64,000 nucleotides of DNA, from the NCBI GenBank assembly GCA_030770535.1, contig JASVEC010000012.1, positions 62,001 to 126,000 on the forward strand, in the 5' to 3' direction. The translations under genes were made by a program, and so were the position numbers. Positions 12,461-26,191 of this stretch are shown here, piece after piece. The notes under the pieces were generated by a model. The model had not been told where the DNA came from, made no database searches, and was given only the letters and a program-made list of their open reading frames with translations. The DNA is from Batkoa obscura. Taxonomy: Eukaryota. Position 1 is the stretch's first letter; each line of letters begins with the position of its first letter.

Positions 12461-12613
12461 ATATGGTTTTTATAAATAATTGATTTGATAATAACAAACT
12501 AATTTAAAATGCTATTTTTTTAAACTGTTGCATGCCTTTTAAATTTAAAAAAAATCAAAATTTGTATATTATAATCACTTGCATTTATTGAGCTATCTTG
12601 GTTATAAAAATGC

Positions 12614-14049
12614 CTATATTTTATTCAATGTATAAGTTTTAGTAAGTTTAATATCGGATTGAGAGTCATCAAAAACGAACATAGGACCATCAATATTAAA
12701 TTCTTGGTCGTTCGATATAGGTTCTGGAATATAATGCGGTATTCTTTTCAAAATAATGGCTCCTTTTATTTTCTTTATAGCAAAGTAAGCTATTATGGTT
12801 AATAACATCAACCCAGCGAGTCCTCCAATTCGCTTTGTGAAGGAACTTTATTGACTAAATTAAATGTTTTAAGATTTATAATGTGTGTTTTACTGAAAGA
12901 TGTCCCTATGCATCCTCCAAAACTATAAACTAAATAACCATTATAATGCACTAGAAAACCAAACATAGCACTAATCAGCTCAAGTACAATGTGTTTTTTC
13001 CAGGTAAAGTGATCTAAGCCAAGCGAATAAACCAAGCTACTTTGATAAGTGGTTTCATTATAATCTATCACTACTCCTATAATATAAAGCTGATTGTTAG
13101 TCTTTATGGAACTAGAGCCATAAAGTACTTCAGGTATTTCTCCATTTGTTGTTTTATTAAACCATTTTTCGTTTTTTAAGTCAAAGCAAGGGATGTCCTT
13201 AAAACTGGTAAAGTCGACAGTTCCAAAGACTCATCGGCTTAATGTCATCAATACACCATTATAAATAATAGAAGTATGATCTATGGCATAGTCATAGGCT
13301 TTTTCCTTTATAGTTTTCCAACTATCCCCTTTATTACTATAAACTACTAAGTTCCGAAAAGATTCTACTATAGTTGAGTTTACGCTACTAGTAAGCGCAC
13401 AGACACCACCAAATAGTATTGTTTTATCTGGATTTATATCGTTTTGAACTATAGTTGCTTATGATGGCCCATCAAAGTCATTCTCTTTTTTAGCTTCTAA
13501 GATGAACAAATTTTTGATATAGTTACTACCAGCTTGGTCGACCCCCCCCCCAAGTATTATATTTTATATTGAAGGTCTTAATCGACTCGTTAATTGGAGT
13601 AAATGACGCACCAACAACCATGATTTCTTTCAAGTTATCATTTTTAGTAATGGTTTGTGCGCTCATTAATGTATCTAAGGGATGATTCTTCAAGTCTATG
13701 ATCTTCCAATTTGCTTCATCGCTTTTATTTAATCCCAATCCTTCTTTTAAATCTATATAAAATACTTCTTTGTTCAAATATTTTTGTTCAATCATTCCCT
13801 CAGTGACATTTTGAAGATCACCAAAATAAAATAATTTGTTGTCTAATATGACTCCAGTCCCATTAAAAGTGGCTGAAATCGAATCTATTCAAGCCAAATA
13901 ACTTATTAACGAAAACAAAGTTACAGTAAAAGTTGAGGATATGTTTTTTTGTTTAAGAATTTTATTACCAATTTTTCCGCTTAAATAGCGCTTAAAAGAT
14001 CAAAAAGGTGATGAAGCCAAAAAAAAACACCCCCAGTTAAAGATCTCAT
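12614..14049 (-). pseudogene. Kelch-repeat type-I membrane protein pseudogene
   Basis: Fragments NKLFYFGD, KTILFGGV, DHTSIIYNG, CFDLKNEKW, NGYLVYSFGGC and a C-terminal TM (LLTIIAYFAIKK); several in-frame stops and frameshifts (e.g. G-run near 13542-13552); signal peptide split by a MITE. Confidence 0.75.
13935..14034 (-). mobile_element. MITE family A, copy 6 (inserted in kelch gene start)
   Basis: GAGGATA...CACCCCC; perfect TSD AGTT (13931-13934 / 14035-14038). Confidence 0.9.
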
Positions 14050-15274
14050 TTATTTTAATTTAACTCGTATTTGATATGTTAAAGTTTAAGTTAAAAATAA
14101 AGAAAATAAGACTGTACTTGCCTTTTTATCGTTATGTTCTTGTAGGGATTATATTAATATCATGTAAAAACACTATATATGTCATATTTTAATTTGATAT
14201 CAAATGTTTTTTTAAAATTAGTATCATTAAAGAAATCGAAAATTTACATTGTATTTTTTGAACCTAGCTTTTTGCATTTAATGTTCCATGTAATAAATAA
14301 TAGTAGCTAAATACTTTTTAAAATATAGTAGTAATGAAATTTTTCATAGTTTAAAAAAATAGTCAGCTTAAGTGATATAAATTACTTTTGAAACATAAAT
14401 ACTATTTCAATAGCACCAAATGTCAAAAAGGAATTTTAATAAACCAAAAATCATCTAGCTTTTAGAAGCTACAAACTGCTTTACCGCATTGAATGGTCTT
14501 TATTCTTTTTCTTAGTTTTGAGCCTTTTTTACACAATATATAGTGATACTCTTTATTTAGAAGCCATGTTGATTATGTGAAATATCAATTGAAATTTTGA
14601 CGAAGCAGGTTATAATTCAGTGTTCCCAGCTTTTTCAATTTTAATTGCCATTATAGAATGACAAAGTTCAATATCTGAAGGATAGCTGTTATTTTCTTTT
14701 AGATTAAAGAGATCTACTAAATTAAAAAGCCTTTTAAGCTGTTTTTTTGACCTCAAAATGCGCTTTATAGCTTATATCTGCTCTAACTACCTTAAAGTCT
14801 CCCATATCATCGCTTTTTGTGCTTGTTTATCGTTTTCAATATTGATTGTTCTGAGAAAGTTTGACTATTAGCACGTAATTGGTTATTTAAATCTTTATAA
14901 AACAAAGTGCTATGCATTTCAATTAGATGTAGTAACTAATATGGCTCAATTCAAAAGGATATATTTTTGTTAATCAAAGGTATATCTGTAAGCTATTTAA
15001 TATTTACAAAATGTAGTAAAATTTTATAACAATTTATATCCCTGAATAGTTTTATTTTTAAATTGCTTTATAATTGGTCCAATAAAATATGATCATTAGA
15101 CAATTAAATTATGAAACAAGCATTTATTGACGAATTAGGACAAACTAACAGCCAATTAAGTTCTAGAATTATAAATCAAATGACACTAAATGCATTACAA
15201 CCCAAAAATGAAATTGGTGTATTAAAACAAAAACCAACTTGCTTTTATTTCTTTTTTAAAGATTAATTCTTAAA

Positions 15275-17249
15275 ATGCCAAAATTATTCAATTTATCAAG
15301 ACCTTTGTTCAATTCAAAATACATCTTAAGATCCAACTTAAGCATAAAATATACAACTACAACTACAATAGCAAATAAGAGTATAAACAAGGACCTTGAT
15401 TTTTTATCAAATGTAGGCAACCAATATCCTTTAAAAGAATCGTATGTTAAAGGAGAAAGTTCGCCATCACTAAGAAATATAACTATTGGTCAACTATGGG
15501 ATGAAAAAGTGAAGCAATATCCCAATAATCTAGCTATGATTTCTTATTTCGAGGATATAAAATGGAGTTATAAAGGATTAGACGAAAAAGTAAATGAGCT
15601 GATGCGAGGCTTAATCAATTTAAACTTAAACAAGGGTGATCGGTTAGCAGTTTATATGCCAAACTCTTCTGTTTGGATAACATTACAATATGCAACCGCC
15701 AAGTTAGGGATTATTTTGGTTACTTTAAACCCAGCTTATAGGTCACATGAGTTAAAACAAGCATTAAAATTGATCCAAGTTAATGCCATTGTTACTATAC
15801 CAGAGTATAAAACTACTAATTATCTCAATCTGATAAAGGAAATAATACCGGAAATAGAAGAGGAAGGAGATGATAAAGAAATTAATTCGAGTTCTTTCCC
15901 TTACTTGAAAAGAGTTATTATGGTCGATGATTTAATTCCACAACAAAATAAGATTAAGTTACCAAATAATATCATAAAATACAAAGATTTGTTATTAAAA
16001 AAAGACGCTAAATTAGATAATTATATCACTTTATTACAAACCAACTTAAATACGAATGATGTTATCAATATTCAATTTACTTCTGGTACTACTGGTTTAC
16101 CAAAAGGAGTAGCCCTAACGCATCATAACATATTAAATAATGGATACTATATTGGTAAGAATCAAAATTTAACAGAAAATAGCGTGGTCTGTATCCCTGT
16201 ACCATTGTATCATTGCTTTGGTTTAGTATTAGGTAATATGGCTGTCCTCAACCATGCTTCTTCCGTTTTATATCCTTCACCTTCATTTGATCCCGTTATG
16301 ACTTTAAAAGCTGCTGAAAAGTACAAGGCAGATGCTATGTATGGGGTACCTACCATGTTTATCGCAATGCTATCTCATCCTGATTTTAAAACATTTGATT
16401 TGAGTAGTTTAAGGTAATCTAATATTTTACTTTAAATAATTTATTAATAAAACAATACAGGACGGGTATTATGGCTGGTAGTTCATGCCCTGAAAAGATT
16501 ATGGAGAAGGTGATTTCAGAAATGGGAATGAAAGAGGTAACCATTTGTTACGGTATGACAGAGACAAGTCCAGTTTCATTTCAATCACTACCAAATGACC
16601 ATATAAAGTTAAGAGTGGAAACTGTAGGTAAAATATTACCTCATGTACAAGCTAAAGTAGTCGATGTTCAAGATTCAAATTTTGTTTTACCTCCAAATCA
16701 AAAAGGCAAGTTACTAGTTAGAGGATATTTGGTTATGAAAGGATATTGGAATAATTCTGACGCGACTAATCAAATTTTGAATCAAGAGGGATGGCTAGAT
16801 ACAGGTAATTATTAATAGTAAATACTATCTTATAATACGAATATTAATATAGTAAATTAGGTGATTTAGCTATAATAGATGAGAATGGATATGCCAAAAT
16901 AGTAGGTAGAGTAAAAGATATGGTAATTCGAGGGGGAGAAAACATATACCCAATTGAAGTTGAAAATTTATTATTTCAACATCCTAAAATACAAAACATA
17001 TCAATTGTTGGAGTACCAGATGAAAAATTTGGTGAACAATTATGTGCTTGTTATACTTTAAATGAAACTTATTTAAATGAAGATAGGAATGAATTAGAAA
17101 AAGAATTGAAATTGTTTTGTAAACAAAAGTTGGCTCATTTTAAAGTTCCCTTTTATTTTTGGAACCTTGAACAGTTTCCTACTACTGCTAATGGTAAAAT
17201 TCAAAAACATACTTTAAGAGAATGGGCGATTGATCATTTTAAATTATAA
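15275..17249 (+). CDS. Mitochondrial medium/long-chain acyl-CoA synthetase, ACSF2-like (introns 16414-16460, 16805-16860)
   Basis: AMP-binding motifs IQFTSGTTGLPKG, PVPLYHCFG, YGMTETSP, WLDTG|DLA, IRGGENIYP, PTTANGKIQK; basic N-terminal presequence. Confidence 0.9.
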
Positions 17250-17735
17250 ATAAAGTTAAATAATAAATGAAATCTATTAATATGTTTTGTTTTAAAAATT
17301 CATTAATAATTTATTCAAATTTTAAATTTAAAATACTAGTTAAAGGATTATACTAGATTTCATATCTTAAGAATCTAAAATTACGTTTAATAAAAAAAGA
17401 AATTCCAAGGCACAAAAGAAATTTGTTGTTATTTCCTTTCCCTTCACTATTTTTCACATCACCCCACTGTTTCCATTGGATAATCTACTATTTCTACGTC
17501 ACTATTAGATAATAAACTGTCAACTACTCGAACACCAACTGATATATTACTTTTTACTTCTCCACTTGTTTAATTCTTGATCTTTTATTTTTAATTTTGA
17601 TCAATTTTTACTTAGCTAAATTAATTGTTTATTTGTAAATTATACTAATGGATAAGTGATCAATTAGTCTATAATATATTTAAATTAAACGGTAAATTCT
17701 AAATGTTAAGCAATAATAACCGAAAAACATTATAC

Positions 17736-17834
17736 GGGGATATATTTTTTTGTTTAAGAATTTTACTAATAATCTTTCCACTCAAATAGCGCTTAAAAAA
17801 TGTAAAAAGTAATGAAACCAAAAAAAACACCTCC
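17736..17834 (-). mobile_element. MITE family A, copy 7
   Basis: Matches consensus; flanks ATAC/ATAT. Confidence 0.85.
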
Positions 17835-17937
17835 ATATAAATGAAATTCTTACTATAATTGATATGTATATAATAATAAAATATTGATTTTATTAAAGCT
17901 TAGCAATAGAAGGGATAATAGAAGAAGCATTAGCTTG

Positions 17938-18146
17938 TTAATTACGAGAACCACTACTAGCTATCTTTACACTACTATCAACTAAATATATATCATTTCC
18001 TGATAATACACATAATGGAATTAATGCTTTATTACTACAACTCGCATCTATATCAATAACTACATATCCTCTATCGTTTTGGACTATGGGTGGTACATCA
18101 AATATAGTGGAGTAGTAATAAAGAGAACGGACAATTTAATATTCAT
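17938..18146 (-). pseudogene. Frameshifted paralog of the small secreted 2-Cys protein at 43395
   Basis: MNIKLSVLFIT[5-nt insertion]TIFDVPPIVQNDRGYVVIDIDASCSNKALIPLCVLSGNDIYLVDSSVKIASSGSRN*; aligns end to end with 43395..43607, including 5' and 3' flanks. Confidence 0.7.
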
Positions 18147-18646
18147 TATTAGTTAATTTGACAGATAGTGAGTCATAAACAGATAAATAAAAATATTAGT
18201 TTGATAACTTAAAAACAGTAACTTTATCGTTTCCTTTATATATTCAATATTCAATATCATTATTATATCAATTTAATAGAGTTACACTCTTTTGCATTGA
18301 TTTAACTTGATATTGTGTTCCTCTACATAACCTTTATATTGTGATCAACTTTTTTTAAAATATTAAATATAATTTATTAACTATTGATAATTTTATAGTT
18401 CTTATTATGCATTTAAATTTCATTACTAGCATTTAAATAACGATTTTTAAAAATGCTACTATTATATATTTCCACAGTTTCTATTTTTTTTACCGTTATA
18501 GTCGATAACATTGATTTTTTGAGTAAAAAACCAAAGGAACTAATGGAAATGTCTGATAAAATTTAATAGTAACTACTTAAGTTTAACTTTATAAAATCTT
18601 ATGATATAAAGCTACTCCTTATAATCTTAATATTTTATAATTTAAT

Positions 18647-18847
18647 GGGGATATATTTTTTGTTTAAGAATTTTACTAACAATTTTTCCGCTCAAATGGG
18701 GGTGTTTTTTTTAATTTCATTACTTTTTACATTTTTTAAGCGCTATTTGAGTGGAAAGATTATTAGTAAAATTCTTAAACAGAAAAATACATCCTCAAAT
18801 AGCGCTTAAAAGATGGAAAAAGTGGTGAAGCCAAAAAAAACACCCCC
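18647..18847 (-). mobile_element. MITE family A, copy 8 (outer, interrupted by copy 9)
   Basis: Perfect TSD TAAT (18643-18646 / 18848-18851). Confidence 0.9.
18698..18796 (+). mobile_element. MITE family A, copy 9 (nested inside copy 8)
   Basis: Perfect TSD AAAT (18694-18697 / 18797-18800) duplicating a host-MITE internal 4-mer. Confidence 0.92.
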
Positions 18848-19020
18848 TAATATAAAAACAATAAAATTTAAACTAGTTTGAAATTAATATGATTAAAAAT
18901 TCGATGGTTACTTGTTTGCTTTTTATTTAACTATTAAATTTCTAAAAGTTTGATTTTATTATTCAAGTTAGATTTGAAAAAATAAACTTGAATAAAAACA
19001 TTAAATAAATTGAATTATTC

Positions 19021-19028
19021 TGACTCAT
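19021..19028 (+). promoter_or_regulatory. Candidate Gcn4/CpcA (AP-1-like) site TGACTCAT upstream of PheRS-beta
   Basis: Exact TGACTCAT ~270 bp upstream of the ATG at 19291. Confidence 0.35.
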
Positions 19029-19290
19029 TTCTTAAAACTTTGCAATTAAATCAAACGCAGCTTTAAGCCTATCAAATGAAGACAAAATTAAGCAAGTAAC
19101 TTATTCGAAAAAAAAATTCACCAGAAAATATGAGGAATTTGAAGATTTTAGAAAATGGGATTGAAATCAATAATTGTAACTTTATAAAATTTTATAAAAT
19201 TTTATTATCAAGAAGAATAAAGGTAAAGGAATAGGAAGTATCCAATTTAAAATAATAAGTTGAATTTAACAATAATTTTTTTATAGAAAA

Positions 19291-21477
19291 ATGCCGATCG
19301 TTAACGTTGATAAACAAGATTTATATCAAATTTTAGGAAAAGAATATAGTAATTTAATTTTTCATTTCACATTATCAAAGTAATCAACTTTTATCTAGCT
19401 TCTAAAGAATTCGAAGAATTATGTTTTGAATTTGGTATTGAATTAGAAGAAGATGTAATTTACTATTTAAAATAATTTTAATATAATATCATTAATAAAT
19501 TATTTCTTTTTAAAATAATAGACTTCCTTATTTGAAATGGCAGCTAAAGAAAAAGGTAGTATTTTAAAAGCAGAAGGTTTATCCGAAAGATCATTATTAA
19601 AAATTGATATTCCTGCTAATAGGTAAAATGATGGAAATAAAATAACTTAAGATTTAACTAAACTAAACATGAATCAAAAGATACGATTTATTATGTATTG
19701 AAGGTATCTCTCGAGCATTATCAATTTTTTTAGGGCACTCTAAGCTCCCAGAATACAAAGTAATACCACCATCAGGGCCTATGATTCAACTCAAAAATCA
19801 CCCAGAAACAGCTCAAATTCGACCCTATGTACTTGGAGCAGTATTAAGAGATATTACTTTTACTCAACAAGTTTATGATTCTTTTATTGATTTACAAGAT
19901 AAATTACATCATAATATTGGTCGTAAACGTACTTTAGTTGCTATTGGAACTCATGACTTAGATACCATTCAACCTCCTTTTACTTATGAAGCATTGGCCC
20001 CAAAAAATATTCAATTTGCTCCACTTAATCAAGAGAAGGTTATGGATGGTATTGAATTGATGGAGTTTTATGAGGTAAATTAATAATAATAATAATAATA
20101 ATTTTATATATTGATTTAACTTAATATTTAATAGAAAGATCGTCATATTAGTAAATTTCTACCCATTATAAAAGATTCTCCAGTTTATCCAGTAATCTAT
20201 GATAGTAATAGAGTAGTATGTTCTTTACCACCAATCATCAATGGAAATCATTCAAAGATTACATTAAACACACGTAATGTATTTATTGATATTACTTGTA
20301 CTGATATTACTAAAGGAAAAATTGTATTAAATACAATCATTGCTATGTTTTCTCAATATTGTAAACAACCATACACTGTAGAACCTATTGAAGTGATTCA
20401 TTCGGATAATACTAAGGAGATCTTTCCTCAATTAGAAGATCGTACTTTAGATGCTAGTGTTGATTATATTACTTCTGCTGCTGGAGTAGAGTTATCCACT
20501 GATCAAGTTATTAGTTATTTAGAACGTATGTCCTTAAAAGCAGTACCAAAAGAAAATACATCAAACACTATTACTGTATCTATTCCACCCACCCGTTCCG
20601 ATATTTTACATGAATGTGATATTATGGAAGATGTGGCTATTGCTTATGGTTATAATAATTTAAAAAAAACAATACCAAAATGTAATACCATTGGTGCCCC
20701 TTTACCTGTCAACATGTTGACTGATTTAGTACGTCGAGAATTAGCTTTCTCTGGATGGACTGAAGTATTATCTTTAATTTTATGCTCTCATGATGAAAAT
20801 TTTGCTTTTCTTAATAGAGTCGATGATAACACTACAGCAGTTAAATTAGCAAATCCAAAAACAGCGGAATATCAAGTAGTTCGTACAAGTTTACTTCCAG
20901 GTTTATTAAAGACAATTCACCATAATAGAAAACAACCATTACCTTTAAGTATTTTTGAAGTTCAAGATGTGGCATTTAAAGATGAAAATGAAGAACGCAG
21001 ATCTAGAAATGAACGTCATGTGGGATTAGTTTATTGTAATAAAACTTCAGGGTTTGAGGTAGGTTATTTAATTTTAATCAAATAAGAATTAAAATGAGAG
21101 AACTAATGAATCTTTTTATTTATGTATATTAGATCGTTCATGGTACTTTAAATCGTATTATGCAAATGTTAAATATTCCTTTATTATCTTTAAACCAAGG
21201 AAAATTTGATAGTTCTTTAGTAGGTTATTATATTGAAGCTTCTGAAGGTAAGTTTTATTTATATTTTTAAATTAAATATAAATTAATATTGAATCTCTAT
21301 TTATTAGATCCAACTTATTTTTCAGGACGTAGTGCTAATATCTATTATCGTAAAATAGCAAATGATCAAGCTTTAAAAATTGGTTCTTTTGGTATCCTTC
21401 ACCCTCAAGTTTTAAAGAATTTTGATATTAGTTATGTAGCTTCAGCTTTAGAATTTAATTTAGAACCAATGGTTTAA
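19291..21477 (+). CDS. FRS1: Phenylalanyl-tRNA synthetase beta subunit (multi-exon)
   Basis: MPIVNVDK..., [99 protein letters not shown]. Confidence 0.97.
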
Positions 21478-21612
21478 TAAATAAAAATTAAATTTTATTT
21501 TATTTTATTTTATTTTATTTTATTTTTATTAAGTAAAAATAGATAATAAATATTAATAAAAAAACTAGAGAAAATTTGAAATTGAATTTTTATTTATTTA
21601 TGATTATAATAT

Positions 21613-21709
21613 GAGGGTGTTCTTTTGGCTTCATTATTTTTTCTATCTTTTAAGCGCTATTTAAGCGGAAAATTGTTAGTAAAATTGTTAAACATAAGAA
21701 TACATCCCC
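21613..21709 (+). mobile_element. MITE family A, copy 10
   Basis: GAGGGTG...CATCCCC; TSD ATAT/ATAT; lies between convergent FRS1 and CYM1 3' ends. Confidence 0.88.
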
Positions 21710-21753
21710 ATATCAAAAATAATCTAAAGTGTATATATTATATTAATTTGACT

Positions 21754-24700
21754 TTAATTTTTAATCACCTGAAACTCATTTAAATTTTGCCCATTTGAAT
21801 CTCCAATTACTGTTTTTGCTAAACTTTTACTTTCCAATAAATTAATAGCTAATTGATGAACATCATTAATAGTACAATTTAAAATAGCTTGACGACGACT
21901 AAAATAAAAATAATTAATTATAATAATTAAATTAAATTAAATTAAATTAAAAACTCACTTTAACAATATTTCCTTTGTCAATCCATAATAAAATACATTA
22001 TTACCCTCTTCATTAGCTGATATTGGTTTATCTAAACTTTGAAAGATTGAAAGTTTAGCTTCTTTTAATTCCTAAAAATTTAAAAATTAAGTTATTAACT
22101 AAAATTATTTAATAACAATTCAATATTCAACTTACCCTTTCATTAAACTCATATTCTTTTGCCCATAATAAACTATTTAAAAAAGTATTATTAATATGAT
22201 TTAATGGTTTAGGATCTCTATAAGAATAGAAACTAAATTGTCCATTAAAACTATTAAAGGTACTACCACCTCCATATGCTCCTCCTTTTTCTCGTATTTC
22301 TTTATGTAAATATAAATTAGTTAATAAGGAACTTAATACCTATATAGAGGGGAATAGGAATTAGTATGTTAATTGTTAAGGAGAAAGGAAGGAGTATTGA
22401 TATTTACTTGATATTTTGCATTATCTGAATGTAAAAAAGGTACAGATTGAATAGATAAAGCAGAATAATTGGAATTAAATGGTTGTTGAAACCAGGTATT
22501 TAATTGAGCACTTGGAGTCCAATCAGGATTATTAATCTGAATAATTAAATTTTAAATTTTAAATCAATTATTTTAATTAATAAATATAATAAATATCTTA
22601 CTTGTTTTAATTTTTCATTAGATAATGTTTGAATAAATTGATGAATTTTAATTTCATGTGATTGAACTTGTTCTTTTTCGGTTACAATTAATGTATTAAT
22701 ATTTTGTTGATTAAATAAAATAGTTTGAATTTCCTAAATAAAGTAAATTATTAAAATTATTAAAATTATTATAAATTACCTTTAATTTCTCAGCAACTAT
22801 TGATAAATCTTGTAATTGATCTAATTCATTTAAAAATCTTGTTTGTGTAATACCAAAATAAGTTTCATTAATAGACTTAATTATAAAATTAAATTAAATT
22901 AAATTACAATTTCAATAATAAAAGTTATAATAAATTTCACTTACGCTTGGTAAACTTAATAAGGAATTGGAATAATTTCTAGCATAAATATGACCAGATT
23001 CAGCAATTGAATTACTTGCTGATGAAGCAGACTAAAATAAATAATTTGTTAATATTTATATTCAATTTAATTAATAAATCTTAAAACTTACTCCCATAAT
23101 TAATGTTTTTAACCGTTTTAAATCATTAAAATTTGTTTTAAATATTAATTGTTTTAATAAATCATAAACAATATCAATTTTATAATGGAATGCATTTGCT
23201 GTAATTACAATACCTTCTTCAAAGGTATTAATATCATTTAAAGATTTTTTAATAATTGGTGAAAATCCAATGCCACCACAATTAATTAAAATATCTAATT
23301 CTAAATCTGACATTGATTTATCTTTAGTACCTAAGAAAGTTAAACACTAAATTAAATAATTAAAATTAATATATTAAATTAATATTACTAATATTCTCTT
23401 ACTTCACAAAATAAAGGAAGATAAGCTCTCAATTCCATTGGTAATTCAGTAGTAAATTTGAATTTTAAATAAGAAATTCCATTTGTATCTGTAATTCTAA
23501 AGTTACTACTATTATTTCTCTTTTCAATCTCAAAAAAATTAGGTTTTAATTGAATATCTGATAAATTTAAACTTGGTAAACAACTTAAATCTTCTTTTTG
23601 ATCTTGTAATAAATTTAATTGTTTTCCATTTTCTATATATTTTTTATAATCTTCATCTGTTTTTATCATTTCATTTACTTTAATTTTAATTAATTCATTT
23701 TCTATTTGTTCTTGTTTGAAACTATACTCTTGATCAGGTTTCATTATAAATATCATTTTCTGTGAATTGTTTAACATATATTTAATAATTAAGTTTTCAA
23801 AATATCCTCCTTTTTCTATATTATTTCTTAGTGTTTTTAAAATCTAAATAATATTAAATTTATTATTATTATTATAAATTAAATATTTTTACTTTTGAAT
23901 ACTCTAATCCTTCAATTGGATTATGCTCATCCATCCAATTACTATATAATCCTTGAACTAATCCAATACCAAAATTAGCAGTACGCTAATTAAATTTAAT
24001 AATAATTAATAAATACATTGTAATAATATATAATAATATATAATAATACTTACATGTTTTAAACCTAATTCAATAGGTAATAAAGAAGCTTCAATTTGTT
24101 TTTTACTAAATCCTTCTTTAGACACTTTTAATAATACTTTATAAATAGTATCTTCAACCTAATATTAAAAAAATTAATTAATTAAATTAAAATTATTATT
24201 GTTATTTCTTACCAATTGTAAATCTTTTTCTTTAACTCCTTGTAATCCAATACTAAAATTGGTTTTTCTAAAAATTAAAAAATATTAAGTTATTTTCTAA
24301 ATAGTAACAAATGATATGAAATATACTTAATATGACTTTGATAACCTGTTGTAGCTGAATATTCCGCTCCTAAATTACTATCTAATAAAGCCTGTTGCAT
24401 AGGTGAAGAGGCTCCATTTAATAATAAATTTGATAATAAATTCATACTAATAGTTTCTATTAAATCCTAAATTTAATAATAATAGTAATAATAAAAAATT
24501 AAATTAAATAGTTAATAATAATAATAATGTTATAAAATAGTTTACTGTTTTTTCATTAGTTAAATAACTAATACTAATTTTATATTGTTGATCAGATGGA
24601 ATTCCTATTATAAAATGATAACAAATTAAACTACATAATTACTAAATTATAACTAAATTTACTTGAATCATATGGACCATCGACAATTACTCTTTTTGGT

Positions 24701-25163
24701 CCCTTCCAATTAGGAATTATATTAATATTCTCCACTTTATTAATTTTTGGAATTTCTCTTTGATTCATTACATTTTCAAATGTTGAATTTAATACTTTTA
24801 AATGATTTTTAAAACTCATATCACCTAAAATAATAAGATATAAAATATAAAATAACTTAATTCTTATTAATTCAATATCAATAATCCTATCCCTTCTTTT
24901 ATACTTTCAATTATTTTTACTAGCAAAAAGTAAATAAAAATTAATTTCTTACTTACCATATGAATATGTTTTACATTGTGAAGGTGAATAATTTTTTAAA
25001 TGAAATTGTTTTAATTGTTCATAACTTAATTCAGGTATATTCATTGGATTACCACCGGAATTATAAGAGAACATAGTACCACTATATAATTCTTCTTGAT
25101 GTTTATAATAATATAAACTATTAATATCCGACTAATTAAATTATTTATAAATATTAAATATTG

Positions 25164-25198
<35 letters not shown>

Positions 25199-26191
25199 AT
25201 CTATTTTGAAATATTTAATCTTACGATTGCTCCTTTCATTTCATTATAAACTACTCCTTTAATTTTCCATTCACTCTTTTCATCTAATTATAATTAAAAC
25301 TAATTAATTAATTCAATAAAAAATAAAATCTACCATTAATATCTTCTTTTTCTAATCTCCAACCTTCTTGGTAAAAATCCATTAAATTTAAATTTGGAAA
25401 TAAAGTAGCGTCCAAATAAATGTTTAATAAATTATAATAATCTTTTTCATTCATAGTAGCAAACGGATAATTAGTAAAATCATGAGCTAAAAAAAAGTAT
25501 AAAAAAATCAATATTATGAATATAATTCTATTTACCTGTCCATGCATTCATATAAGTAGCTAAACTACGATTTAACATTTTAAAAAAGGGATCTCTAATT
25601 GGATATTTTTGACTACCACATAACGTCGTATGTTCCTATTAAATAATATTAAATATATATGTTATTATTATTATTTCAAAAAAAGTAAATTACCAAAATA
25701 TGAGCCACTCCATTTGATGAATTAGGTATAGTTTTAAATCCAATACTATTTATTGTTTATTGTTATTGTTTAATAAAAATATTAAGTGAATGAGTTAAAT
25801 ATTAAATTTACCTAAATACATTATTTTTATCTTTTTTATCAATATGTAAATGTTGAGCTCCTGTTTTTTCATGTTGAAATCTTATTGCTTTTAAATTTAA
25901 ATCTTTAATTTCTCTTATCTAAATAATAATAATGTTAATTATCTTTTTCTTTTATTCCTTTATTGAAAAATATAATTTAATTATTTACTTCTTCAATTTT
26001 AAATCCATGCACTCGAGCATTTAATTTAATATCTAAAAAATAAAATTTAATAATTAATATCACCCATCTTGCCATTATCTCCATGTATATCTTTACTCTT
26101 ATTTATCTTTATAATTACCTTGAACACTAGAATACTTTCTAAAACTTCTATTAACTTTAGGTAAGACCTTTAAAAGCCTATTTCCAATCAT
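21754..26191 (-). CDS. CYM1: Mitochondrial presequence protease, peptidase M16C (~22 introns)
   Basis: Presequence [22 protein letters not shown]; inverted zinc motif [75 protein letters not shown]. Confidence 0.93.

Noticed and set aside
17458..17572. Minus-strand fragment ...DSLLSNSDVEIVD... resembling the 2-Cys peptide motif
   Set aside because: No start codon, signal peptide or cysteines; similarity too short to support
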